A stretch of 64,000 nucleotides of DNA, taken from Rhynchopus sp. YZ270_cl-10 (Eukaryota). Positions 1 through 12,160 of this stretch are shown piece by piece. Under the pieces are notes generated by a model, which saw only the letters and a program-made list of their open reading frames with translations, did no database searches and was not told the DNA's origin. How positions within the stretch are numbered: the stretch's first letter is position 1; each line of letters opens with the position of its first letter. Location of the stretch: NCBI GenBank assembly GCA_964035575.1, contig OZ037839.1, positions 124,001 through 188,000 on the forward strand, written 5' to 3'. The position numbers and the translations under genes are program-made.

Positions 1-472
1 TAAAAAAGAATCATATAAAAACATGCAGATTATCGTTACAAGCATTTTTTCAGCTTGAAACAAAAAATGTGCAGGTGGTGTGGCAGATTTTGCGGTTTTG
101 GCTGGCCCCGTGATTATGTACCTGCATTTTATTTTTCCTTCCTTCAAAACTTCACACACAACGCTTTTTTGGTTTTTGGGAGACACACAAGGTGCCAGGT
201 TCTATGGTAAGCACGGAACCACCCTGCACCTGTTTGTCATGTTGTTTCCCGTGCAATACATGGAGAAACGTTTCGCACTCGAAACAAGGGCTTTTTGAAA
301 CAAAAGCTTTTTTAATAAAAAATGAACGAAGCACAAAAACAAGCGTGTGTGGAAGAAAAAAGAAAAGGGAAAATATTCTTTCTGATTCACAGTGGTGTTT
401 ATGTTTTGGGTACGGGGCGGAGAATAAAATCTGTTCGATAAAAGAAACGCAAGCTTTTTGTTTTATCTTGTT

Positions 473-797
473 CATACCCTCCCTCGTGGTAACCGTGTGC
501 ATGCCAATGAAGTGCTCCCTGGGGTTCGATAACCCGTGGAACCAGTGCTTCCGCCAATGAATGGTGAGGCGTTTGCACTTCTCTGTTTGCGGAGCAAAAA
601 ATAATACAAATGGAATTGGTGTTACCGATCTGCTGTCAGGGACATGTCAAGGACATGTCAAGGACATGTCAAGGACATGTCAATATAGGGGGGGTGTGTC
701 ATTTTCCCCTGTAAACCTTGTGTCAAGGACATATCAAGGACATGTCAATATGGGCCCTTTCGGGAACACCAGTAATACAAAATAATACAAAAGCCGC
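473..797. repeat. Dispersed repeat, copy 1 (second copy ~3020-3322), including an 11-bp AGGACATGTCA mini-array
   Basis: Near-identical sequence starting CATACCCTCCCTCGTGGTAACC at 473 and 3020. Confidence 0.9.
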
Positions 798-1554
798 TGC
801 GGGGGGTCCGCTAAATGTCGTAAAATGGGAAAAACCTGAAAAAACTGCAGGATTTTGGGGGCTTTTTTAGGCAAAAAATAGTGAGGGGAGTTGGGTCCAG
901 TCATAGGGGGTATAGCATATTTTTTGGAAAATTCTTCAAAAAAACGAGGATTTTTGCTGGGCACAATGCAAATTTCAAAAAAATACCAATTTTCGACTGG
1001 TCATATTTGGAGCAAATTATGGCCCACCCACCCCGATTTTGTGTCAAATTTTATTTTTCCTTCCTTCAAAACTACATACACAACGCTTTTGGTTTTTGGG
1101 AGACACACAAGGTGCCAGGTTCTATGGTAAGCACGGAACGGAATGTCCTCTGCTTGCGGAGGACTAGGCACAAGAAAATATTGCTTGTTTGTACCGTTTT
1201 TTCCGGGTGTCGGTGGGCTGTAATTGGGCGTAATTGGGTGAAATTGGGCAAAAATGCCGTTTTTTGCCGTTTTTTGCACTTTTGACTTGCTTTTCGGTCC
1301 CCACACCCCCAAATTTGCCCACTTCTGTGCTGTTTCCCTACAAATCAATATAAAATCGAAAACGGCGATGAAAAAGATGCCTTGGTGAGTGGTCACAAAT
1401 GCTGCACCTAATGCGAGGATGGAGGACACATGTACCGTTTCCCCCATTTGACCTGCAAGAAATGGCGTAAACCCGCTGCTCTTAAACAGCGGCATTTGCA
1501 CTTGGTGGGGTCAATTTGACGAAATGGACAAGTTCTCGTTTTTGGTCAATTTCC

Positions 1555-2680
1555 GCACAGTGCACAGTGCACAGTGCACAGTGCACAGTACACAGTACAC
1601 AGTACACAGTACACAGTACACAGTACACAGTACACAGTACACAGTACACAGTACACAGTACACAGTACACAGTACACAGTACACAGTACACAGTACACAG
1701 TACACAGTACACAGTACACAGTACACAGTACACAGTACACAGTACACAGTACACAGTACACAGTACACAGTACACAGTACACAGTACACAGTACACAGTA
1801 CACAGTACACAGTACACAGTACACAGTACACAGTACACAGTACACAGTACACAGTACACAGTACACAGTACACAGTACACAGTACACAGTACACAGTACA
1901 CAGTACACAGTACACAGTACACAGTACACAGTACACAGTACACAGTACACAGTACACAGTACACAGTACACAGTACACAGTACACAGTACACAGTACACA
2001 GTACACAGTACACAGTACACAGTACACAGTACACAGTACACAGTACACAGTACACAGTACACAGTACACAGTACACAGTACACAGTACACAGTACACAGT
2101 ACACAGTACACAGTACACAGTACACAGTACACAGTACACAGTACACAGTACACAGTACACAGTACACAGTACACAGTACACAGTACACAGTACACAGTAC
2201 ACAGTACACAGTACACAGTACACAGTACACAGTACACAGTACACAGTACACAGTACACAGTACACAGTACACAGTACACAGTACACAGTACACAGTACAC
2301 AGTACACAGTACACAGTACACAGTACACAGTACACAGTACACAGTACACAGTACACAGTACACAGTACACAGTACACAGTACACAGTACACAGTACACAG
2401 TACACAGTACACAGTACACAGTACACAGTACACAGTACACAGTACACAGTACACAGTACACAGTACACAGTACACAGTACACAGTACACAGTACACAGTA
2501 CACAGTACACAGTACACAGTACACAGTACACAGTACACAGTACACAGTACACAGTACACAGTACACAGTACACAGTACACAGTACACAGTACACAGTACA
2601 CAGTACACAGTACACAGTACACAGTACACAGTACACAGTACACAGTACACAGTACACAGTACACAGTACACAGTACACAG
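1555..2680 (+). repeat. 7-bp satellite (CACAGTA)n, ~160 units; first few units are CACAGTG
   Basis: Directly visible perfect tandem array. The long VHSTQYT/CTVYCVL ORFs are its translation artefacts. Confidence 0.99.
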
Positions 2681-2832
2681 TTTGGGTGGGTATTGGCACA
2701 AACCATCGTAGGTACACGCGCCAATAACGTTCAACCCGCTCCTCCAGGCTGTTTCCTAATTCTGGAAATTTTCCGGAAAATTCCGACATCTGGAAGCAAA
2801 TATTTTCCCTGAAAAAAAGTGGGCTCCAAAAC

Positions 2833-3020
2833 ATGCCGCGATTGGCGTTTGGCGGTGCAGACTGGACAGCCAAGGACGCGCAGGGGCTCACCCCACGCGA
2901 GCTTGCAGAGCGTAGTGGCCACCGCCGCACTGTGCTTCTCTTTGAGGAGCACCTGACGGCAGCGGCTGCTGGCAAGGCACTTCGCGAGGCGGCGGAACGT
3001 GGCGACGAGACTGTGCCTGC
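2833..3020 (+). pseudogene. Ankyrin-repeat-like coding fragment (isolated exon or gene remnant)
   Basis: GC-rich stretch translating to GGADWTAKDAQGLTPRELAERSGHRRTVLLF, which resembles the ankyrin GADxxxxDxxGxTPLxxAxxxGH pattern. It runs directly into the dispersed repeat at 3020. Confidence 0.5.
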
Positions 3021-3322
3021 ATACCCTCCCTCGTGGTAACCGTGTGCATGCCAATGAAGTGCTCCCTGGGGTTCGATAACCCGTGGAACCAGTGCTTCCG
3101 CCGATGAATGGTGAGGCGTTTGCACTTCTCTGTTTGCGGAGCAAAAAATAATACAAATGTAATTGGTGTTACCGATCTGCTGTCAGGGACATGTCAGCGA
3201 CATGTCAAGGACATGTCAATATAGGGGGGGTGTGTCATTTTCCCCTGTAAACCTTGTGTCAAGGACATGTCAATATGGGCCCTTTCGGGAACACCAGTAA
3301 TACAAAATAATACAAAAGCCGC
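3020..3322. repeat. Dispersed repeat, copy 2 of 473-797
   Basis: Direct sequence match with few substitutions and fewer 11-mers. Confidence 0.9.
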
Positions 3323-3864
3323 CGCAGGCAAATTATTTTGGGTACGGTGTAAAAATCAGCCAACAACTTGTTACCCATGAGATAAAATATCGTATCCCAA
3401 ACTAAAGCGAACATCATTTAACTCGGTGATGGGTGATTCACAAACTGGAATACGTGATACCACTCGCTATCGCTCGTGACATCACTTTGATGATTACACT
3501 CGCGCGTTCAGTGCCAGTTTGTATCACCCACCACCTCGTGAAATGCTCACTTTATTTCGAGATTTAGATAAGTAGTTATTTCTTTTTACGCTTTTGTGTG
3601 AAACATTGTGTGACACGTGGTCCGCATGGGGGCACGTCTGCACCCCCCCGGTCCCCACATTGCTCCCACACCCCGAATATGCGCTAAGGGTTTAAAAGAT
3701 TGAGCGAAAATGATTAGATTCATATACTTTCAGTTCACAGAATTGAAAGTATTTGAGAGGGTCAACACATGCACACTTTCTTTTTTTTTTTTTGGTGGTT
3801 TACAGGGTTTCCGCCAGGATTTGGGGTTTCAGAAATTGGGGGGGACCATCAAAAAGACCCCCCA

Positions 3865-4116
3865 AAAAATAATAAAACCTACATCCTCGAAGCTTTTCTA
3901 CACAAATGATTTCATTGAACGCATCCTCCGGAGTCGGGGAGCAGAGGTTGGGGAGAAAAGAGAGAGAGAGGAAATAAATACAAGATTATCGAATTATACA
4001 CACGAATTCATCCTTCAATTACAAAAAGGTCCGATCCTTACAGTTTGTATTATTTCCTAACAACCACTCCGTTACACTGCGTTACGCTGCGTTACACTGC
4101 GTTGTTGTCTGCAAAA
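3865..4116 (+). repeat. Dispersed repeat (segments A then B); related copies at 59227-59452 and, reversed and diverged, ~42730-43025
   Basis: Shared AATAATAAAACCTACATCCTCGAA...CATCCTCC and GGAGTCGGGGAGCAGAGG...TGTCTGCAAAA blocks. Confidence 0.85.
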
Positions 4117-5066
4117 GTAAAAAATAAAAAAAAGGTTGGGGTGTGCGTTTTGTATCTGGACATTTTAAAAGGATCTGCTCCGCCAATAAGACGGAGCAGC
4201 TCAACCACCGACTGGCAGTTTTCTAAATGGGGCAACCAAAGCTATGATTCTGGACATGTCGGGAAAATAGAGATACTTCGATAGATGAAATGCGCATTTA
4301 TTTCGTGCACACACATCCAAAGAATCGTGGGGGGTGCGGGGGGTGGGGGAACACCACTGACTGGTGGCTGCGCACAAATGGGTTGGGGAGAAGGGTTTAG
4401 TAAGCACCAACACAACTGCCCAAAGTGAAGGGAAGTGTACGAACAATGCGGAATGCGGAATGGACCGAAGACCACTTTGTTTCAAGTGCAAACACTTGAA
4501 TGAGAACAGAAACGTGGGGAGAGCGAAGTCTACGTAAGGGTCCCCCTTTTCAGCTTTTGAAATAATAAAAGACATAAAAGACATTAAAAGACGTTAAAAG
4601 ACATAAAAGACATAAAAGACATGTAGTACACTTCCGGCTGTGCCTTGCTGTTGGGCTGAATGACACGGCTGCTGCATACCCCCTCGTCCGTGAGGAAGTG
4701 ACCCAACTCAGCAAGAACGCCTTCGTGGTCCTCCTCCTTGAACAGTTCGTAACGGCCGTCTCTGGCTTTGCCAGCAGGTCTGTCTGTTACCCTGTGGGCC
4801 TGTCGTTCATATCTGACTCGAACGCGTACATCGTAACCAGAGTTTTTTTTAGGGACCGGTTTTTTTGAGCTTAGGGGGGGTGAGATGTTTTTTGGTCAAA
4901 AAAAATTTTCGCGCGCTTCGCGCGCGAAGACCCTGGAGAAGCTAGTTTGTGGGGGTTTTGGAATCCGTCCGCTGTGGTGGGGTCAATTTGACGAAATGGG
5001 CAAGTTCTTGGTTTTGGTCAAAATGGGTGTAAGGTAAAGGGGACAGTGAAAACCTAGAGGATAATA

Positions 5067-5664
5067 TGGGTCGATTTCAAAACCCCCCCCCCCCCAAAAG
5101 TTCTTTTTTGTCTTTTTCATGATATAGGCAGTTTTTTTGCAGTCTGAGGTCCGGAACCGCCCCAAAAACGATTTTCTGGGAGGTTTTGGGAGGTTTTGGG
5201 GCGAAATGGACCTTTTTTGACCATTTTTATGGTATTTTTAGGCTGTTTTTGGCCCTTCTTCTTACACAGCCTATTGGGGGTCAAAATAGCTATTTTTGAC
5301 CAAAAAACATCAAATAAGCACCAAGAAAAGTGCCAAATGTGCCCAAAACAGGTCGGATTGGGCTCACAGCCCATTTTTGGGATATATTTGGGCCAACGGA
5401 GGCCTCCTGGCGTCAAATAAATTGTGTTTTTTGGTCAAAAATAGCTATTTTGACCCCCAATAGGCTGTGTAAGAAGAAGGGCCAAAAACAGCCTAAAAAT
5501 ACCATAAAAATGGTCAAAAAAGGTCCATTTCGCCCCAAAACCTCCCAAAACCTCCCAGAAAATCGTTTTTGGGGCGGTTCCGGACCTCAGACTGCAAAAA
5601 AACTGCCTATATCATGAAAAAGACAAAAAAGAACTTTTGGGGGGGGGGTTTTGAAATCGACCCA
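5067..5664. mobile_element. Foldback/MITE-like element with ~240-bp near-perfect inverted arms and a putative TA target duplication
   Basis: 5067-5309 is the reverse complement of 5425-5664, with a ~115-bp spacer. TA lies at 5065-5066 and 5665-5666 (an ATAT TSD with GGG...CCC ends is an equally valid reading). Confidence 0.85.
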
Positions 5665-7198
5665 TATACAAAACAAGAAAAGGGTGAAATGGGTCAAGGG
5701 CTGCCCGCCGCAGGCGGAAAATTTTGATATCATGCACTTTTTTGGGGTCAGCAACGAGTACCATGTCATGGGAAGAGTGGGATGCTAGCTTGCGCCGCAG
5801 GCGCACGGTACGCTACTTTTATTATTTTGCCATATCCTTTTCCTCATTCCCCGTTGGGTTCTACGAGTTCCGTCCGTCAAATGCTAGAAACACTTGTATT
5901 TTGTAGTCTTTGGAAAACACGCCCACCCTCTAACTCCGTACTCCATCGGCACCCGACATCAAGCTTGCTCCTCGAATCACCCAGTTCACAAGCATTGCTC
6001 ACCCCCCCAAAAAAACTCAAAAATCCCAAAAACCACCCAAAATTTTTGCTCACCCCCCCTAAAAACTCAAAAAAAAATCGTGAGAGGGGGTGAAACCCCC
6101 CCTCACCCCCCCTAAAAAAAAACTCTGATCGTAACCAACACCACTGTGTCATTTCCCAGGTACTGCTTGCTGTTTCTGTCTTGAACCGTGGTTTGGGTTG
6201 AAACTCGTGGTTCTGGTGAAAAACGCCGGTTTTTCCCATAGAACCCATAAGAAACGCACATTTCTAAGGCATTTTACACCAAAACTCGCTACACGAAAAT
6301 AGGAGTTAAGTTTAATTCTAAACACCTTGATTTATGGCCCAATATTTCCAACGCCGAAAAAATCTTACACCTTGGTGCCTTTGCGTAAGTCGATTTTTGG
6401 TGGACCACGTATGGGCAAAGGGGCGAGGAGACGATAGCGGAAGCAATTTAGTTTTGCGAATCCTAAAATTCTCTGCCTCGTGGGTTGATGAGCACAAATG
6501 AACGGAACTCAACGAACCGAACCGATCTGAACGCATCGTAAGCTAGATAAAACACGTGCGTCGTAACAATACGCAACACTGTGCATAGGTTTTTTTGGTC
6601 GTTTTTGCCCACAAACGACCTCCTGTGTGGCCACACATGGTCCTGACACCCCAGAATCGCGTTTCCCAGCCCACATAGCCGGGTATGGACCCAAAAAAAG
6701 CACCCAAAAAGGTGAAAATCCCGGTTTTACAAACGCTGTATGTCTTTTATGTGTCTTTTATGTCTTTTAAGCGAAAAAGTGGAATTTTAAAAGACGATAA
6801 AAGACATAAAAGACGTCTTTTAAAAGACATGTTAAAAGACCAGGGGGACTCTTAGGGGTGGGTAATGATAATGTTGGGGGAGGGGGGGTTGAATTTTTCT
6901 TACAAGATAAAAAGTCGACACCCAACGTAGCATTTTCTTTTGTTGGGGGCACCCACGTCACCGTCTTTTAGCAGTGCTTGCAGATCGGCGCCGTATCGAC
7001 AGTAAGGAAAGTTCATTCTACCCGTCGGCAGAAAATTGGGGGTGGGGTAGGGGGTTGTATGCAAATGTTTTTTTGTATGGCTTCCTTTTGTTTTGTTTTC
7101 CACCGCTTAGTCACCTTGGTGTCTGGAGGCTCTCCACAACTCTCGGTATCGCACAGCCTCAGGAAATAAAACTTGATTATCTCGTCAAGCGAGAGAGA

Positions 7199-9408
7199 CT
7201 ACACAGTTTCGTTCACAGTACCCTCGGTCTCAAAGGCAGGTTCGGTGGGTTTCTGAGAGAAAAGTTGTGGTCGACAGTGAGTGGAAGTGTGGTGTGGGGG
7301 TGACATACTGTGTCCTCAGCCTTCGAGCCCTTGCACAAAAAGAACGCAACCACAGCAATGATGATCACCACAAACGCACTGCACCCGAGAACAATACCAA
7401 CAATCGCACCAGTGCTGAGAGTGTCATCAGAGTCGTTGTTCTCCACACACGACCCAGACGAGAGCAGGTAACCAGACTCGCATGCAAGCGCAACACAGCC
7501 TCTGTTCACAAGCACCATATCGGTAGCCCCTGCAGCACTGCACTTCAGAGTCGGCACCACAGAGCTTCCGACAGTCATTGGTGTTGCAAACCCAGCAGCC
7601 ACTGCAGCCTCGTTCTTCTTCAGAGATCCCACAATCAGCTCAGACATGTCCTCCGTGGCCACAGTCGTGATGTCTGCATCCTCCACATCAACAACGAAGA
7701 TCGTCGACCCACACGACACAATCAAGGTGTCCGTTCGGCCCTTTGTCGTCTCCTCAATGGCTGTCCGCACTGCACCCTCAATTGCACCGTTCGACTGCTC
7801 GCAGTCCACGTTCCACTCCAGACGCAGCTTCACCTTCCCCCTCTTGGTCGGCTGCACACAGATGAAGAGGGTTTCCTTCGTCTTTTTCGTCACAGGGTTC
7901 ACAAACCCCGCCGACTCCGTGCACACACATTTGCTCTCAACACACGTCGCTGCGGAATCGTCGTAAGTCCTGCAGTCTGCGTCAACATCACACCAGTCAA
8001 CATCCTCCACAGTCAGCGGGGCATTCGTGGTCGGCACACTTGGAGTAGAGGTCTCTGGTGCTTGAGTGGGCACACTTGGCTCAGATGTCTCTGGTGCTTG
8101 AGTGGGTACACTAGGCTCAGATGTCTCTGGTGCTTGAGGCGGTACACTTGGCTCAGATGTGTCTGGTGCTTGAGTGGTCACTACATCCTTACACACGTAG
8201 TCGAACTCAAGTCTTGACACCCCGTAGTAGAGATCGTTTCTGACCTGCATAAATGCGGAACCGTTCAGCACAACATCCATGGGACTGTCGTAATAGGTGA
8301 AGCTCTTCTCCAAGGTGAAGTCTGTTCCACTTCCAGAATCGTTCCCTGATGAGTACAGGTACAGGAAGGAATATTGGCCCAGCTTCATGGTTGGGAACGA
8401 GATGACAACATCCTTGTCACACTCAATGTGCCAGCACTCCGTGTGGTATCTGTAGTGGTTCTGAAAGCTCCTGGCCTGAAATATCGCTTTCCCAGTCTCA
8501 TTGTTGCCAAAGTCGTTGTGCTTATCACAGAAGTTGTTCACACCAGGTGCAAGTGTGTTCGGCACAGTGGGTGGTGCTTGAGTGGTCGCATCCACACACA
8601 CGTAGTCGAACTCAAGTCTTGACCCGTTGTAGACATTGCTTTTGAACTGCACAAATGCAGAACCGTTCAGCACAACATCCATGGGACTGTCGTAATTCTC
8701 GAACGTCTTCTCCAAGGTGAAGTCTGTTCCATTGCCTGAATCGTTCCCTGATGAGTACAGGTGCAGGTAGGAGTTGCTGGACAGCTGCATGGTGGAGAAC
8801 GAGATGACAACATCCTTGTCACACTCAATGTGCCAGCACTCCGTGTGGCGCCTGTCGTAGTTCTGAAAGCTCACGTTCCCAGTCGGATTGTCCCCCAGGT
8901 CGTTGTGCTCCTCACAGAGGTGGTCCACACCAGGTGCACGTGTGTTCGGCGCAGCTGTGGGTGGTGCTTGAGTGGTCGCATCCACACACACGTAGTCGAA
9001 CTCAAGTCTTGACCCGGTGTAGTAATTGCTTCTGAACTGCACAAATGCGGAACCGTTCAGCACAACATCCATACTGTCGGAATAGGTGAACCTCTTCTGC
9101 AAGGTGAAGTCTGTTCCATTTCCAGAATCGTTCCCTGATGAGTACAGGTCCAGGTAGGAAAAGTAGGACAGCTGCATGGTGGAGAACGAGATGACAACAT
9201 CCTTGTCACACTCAATGTGCCAGCACTCCGTGTGGAGTTCGTCGTAGTTCTGAAAGCTCACGTTCCCAGTCGGATTGTTCAGGTCGTGGTGTTCGTCACA
9301 GACGTAGTTCACACCAGGTGCACGTGTGTCCGGCACATCAGTAGCGTACGTCATGATGTGTAACTCCGTGCTTACACACAGCAGCGCTGCCAAGCATGCG
9401 CGCAGCAT
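7199..9408 (-). CDS. CUB-like repeat type I membrane protein, paralog 1 (divergent); exons 9408-7309 and 7252-7199, ~717 aa
   Basis: Start MLRACLAALLCVS (signal-like). Three CUB-like repeats (ECWHIEC..VVISFS..QL..YLDLY..FVQFRS..LEFDYVC), VPTQAPETS stalk, Cys-rich region, TM GAIVGIVLGCSAFVVIIIAVVAFFLC. 56-nt GTATGT...CTCTCAG intron. The upstream ORF extension is microsatellite read-through. Confidence 0.88.
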
Positions 9409-9435
9409 TGTCTTTTGTTGTGTCCACAGAATATC

Positions 9436-9610
9436 TGTTGTTGTGTTGTTGTGTTGTTGTGTTGTTGTGTTGTTGTGTTGTTGTGTTGTTGTGTTGTTGT
9501 GTTGTTGTGTTGTTGTGTTGTTGTGTTGTTGTGTTGTTGTGTTGTTGTGTTGTTGTGTTGTTGTGTTGTTGTGTTGTTGTGTTGTTGTGTTGTTGTGTTG
9601 TTGTGTTGTG
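9436..9610. repeat. 8-bp microsatellite (TTGTGTTG)n, ~22 units, just upstream of paralog 1
   Basis: Visible tandem array. The other paralogs have only 1-3 units at the homologous position. Confidence 0.95.
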
Positions 9611-9738
9611 GGGTTTATGATCGTACTCCTAGTGGTCAAAAGAAATCAAAATAAAAAACAATAACAACAAAGGGAGAGTGAGGGAGGAATCTGTATTCAA
9701 TTGGCACCGTTGCTGCGAAATGCACGTGCGGGGAGGAG

Positions 9739-10771
9739 CTAGAGACCCTTCGCGTCGGCCCCCACGACACAGAACATCACGTTCTCTGCACACCGCGGTA
9801 TGCGTGCGGACCCCGAGGATCTCTTCCTCGACCAAGAGTCCGCCGGCATCACCTCTGTCGAGATCCACTCCACGCGCAACGTCATGTTCGCCGCCTGCAG
9901 TCCGGAGAAGATTCTGCGCAGGATGCCGTTGCCCAGACGAGTCTTGGTGTGTCCCTTTTGCAGGACGAGTCGCACCGCATCGTTATCGACCCACAGGAGC
10001 ACGGACGGCCACCCGCTCCGGCCAGCACACCGCAACGCCTTCTCTGCCGCCCACAGCTCAAGGTGGAACATGTCTCCCGACAGGTACTCTCGCTCTCATG
10101 TACCCCATTCCGCCTGCGACAAAGCATCTCCCACTGTAGACGACACAAAACCCCAGCCCGTCGTCGAAGCGTCTGACCACACGGTCCCGGCAAAAACGGA
10201 CAACGACAGCGAAGGCGCGTGCAGCCATCTGTTCGGGGCGAGGTGAGCCTGTACGAGGCCCCTCACATCGCGTCTGACCCCCTCCGGAAGACGCACCACC
10301 GCATCCCAGCCGCACACATGGTCTGCAATACGCTTCGCCCACCTGCGGATGAATTGTATCGAGTCGCAGAAATGACATAGCTTCAGCTGCGCAACGTGCG
10401 TAACCCGGAAGAGGACTCCAAACATCGCCCACCACGCCAGCAACGTCGCCTCCTCCCTATCGCAAGACGCCGTTAAGCTGGAGAGCGCCTTCTGCTTCCA
10501 TGCCTCCGGAAAACGAAACGCAGCACACGGAACGTCCCACTCCAGACCGATGTACGACACACGCTGCGCGGGAGCAGCCTTACGTCTTGTGGTGCACCAC
10601 TTCAGAAAACCCCCTCTCTTTAGGCTGCCGGCCAACATGCGGACGTTCTCCAGACACAACGTACCATTTGTGAAATCGTCTGCTATTGCAACGTATCGAG
10701 GATGAGGACGTTACGATGCTGTTGACAACTGACGTGCCATCTGCACCGTGTCTCCTACTCCCAAGCCCCAA
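9739..10771 (-). mobile_element. Degenerate DIRS/Ngaro-type (tyrosine-recombinase retrotransposon) RT C-terminus plus RNase H remnant, variant A
   Basis: One frame, broken by a TGA at 10096-10098, reads VSYIGLEWD ... VWSDASTTGWG ... MFHLELWAA ... LWVDNDAV ... VEWISTEVMPADSWSR. These match the DIRS-type RNase H D-E-D-D motifs. No YxDD or recombinase is present. Confidence 0.8.
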
Positions 10772-12160
10772 GCAGCGACAGAGGAGGCAGAAGCAGCAAC
10801 ATCGCAGACAAAGAGAGGGTCGTGGCGGAGAAGTCTGTGCTCGCCTTCACTCCGGTGAGAACGGCACCACCTGCACAGAGAGTCAAGAAGACAGAAGTGG
10901 ACAAGGTGACTGAGGCGGACAGCACGAACAGGAGGAGGAGGGGGAAGAGAGAAGGAGAGGGGGGTAAATAGTCGCCCACCCCCTGTTTTATGTTTTGTGT
11001 TTTGTTAATGCACAATTCAAATACCACTCCTTGTGGGGTGCTTCTTTGTTGCCTTTTGGAAGGAATCTATTTTCCATCCCAAGGTATTGTATTGCGCTTC
11101 CTGACGTTGCCTCAACTCCACAAAAATATTAGGCAAAAATCCAGTGGTGGACTCCCAAAGAGAAGGGCTTGAAATACAACAAGAACAATGAAACAATGAA
11201 TGAAATACAACAAGAATTTAAGTTGGCCCGGGAGTTATTTTATGGGGAAAAATGTAATTGAAAACCCCGCAAAACCCGTATTTTGTGCCAACAATAAATC
11301 CCCGATGGGTTATTTCGAAAAAATTAATTTGATATACTGGGTGATCTACGAACGGGGGAGAGATTTTTTCACCAGCTCTCAGTAGCGTCTCGCAGGCTCT
11401 CACAGCTCACAGACTCTGAGAGCTTGTTAGAGCCAGTGAAAAAATCTCTCCCCGTTCAAATGGATCACACACCCAGAAAAAAAAGTCAAAACCAGAGTCA
11501 ACAGAAAAAAAAAGTGAAGTTATTAATGCAGGCACCTCCGACTGACCCACGTACGATGCCAGCCATCCGGATGAAAGCACAAAGTACCCTGCGGCCAACA
11601 ACAGAAGATGTAAAAAGGAACCCTAAGTAGACCTACCCGTACCGTAAGAGAACGACGGAGGCACATAACCGCTCGTCAGCGGGCGGCCCACCTTCCGTTA
11701 AAGAGTTGTGAGCTTACAGGTACTGCAGTTCGCTGCACCCAACGCTTGGTGCACGATAGTCTACAGTCAAAAAATATCTCCCCGTTCAAATGGATCCCAC
11801 CCAGAAAAAAAAGTCAAAACCAGAGTCAACAGAGAAATAAAAAAAAACAAAAGAGGATAAACGACTCCGGAAGTCAACTCAGGGCCACTACACCACGTTT
11901 TGAAATACCGCATTTCCACTTTTCTTTGAAAACTGATATGTTTACAAACAAGAGCCAAAAAGACAAGGAAAGAAAGTGAAAAAAAGTCCTGAAGTACAGA
12001 AGGTGATGTGAGAAGGGAGGAGCACAAATGAGGGTGAAAACAGTTAGAGCGACCGTAGCATTTCCCTTGTCAACTTCGGCACCGCTTAGTCACCTTGACC
12101 ATCATCGGTATCGCACAGCCTCAGGAAATAAAACTTGATTATCTCGTCAAGCGAGAGAGA

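Noticed and set aside
1482..3125. Long ORFs (390-547 aa) of CTVYCVL/VHSTQYT repeats
   Set aside because: Stop-free translation of a 7-bp satellite in all six frames. The same applies to the ORFs at 39.6-41.8 kb and 54.3-55.6 kb.
4640..4800. Short GC-rich open stretch (RLLHTPLVREEVTQLSKNAF...) as an exon
   Set aside because: No recognisable motif or clear splice boundaries.
7213..7308. Unspliced C-terminus VCHPHTTLPL...RPRVL given by the ORF track
   Set aside because: Better explained as read-through of a canonical intron.
9409..9639. N-terminal extensions of paralog 1 (TTTQQHNN repeats) and paralog 7 (to 38807)
   Set aside because: Not conserved between paralogs. The shared signal-peptide Met is the likely start.
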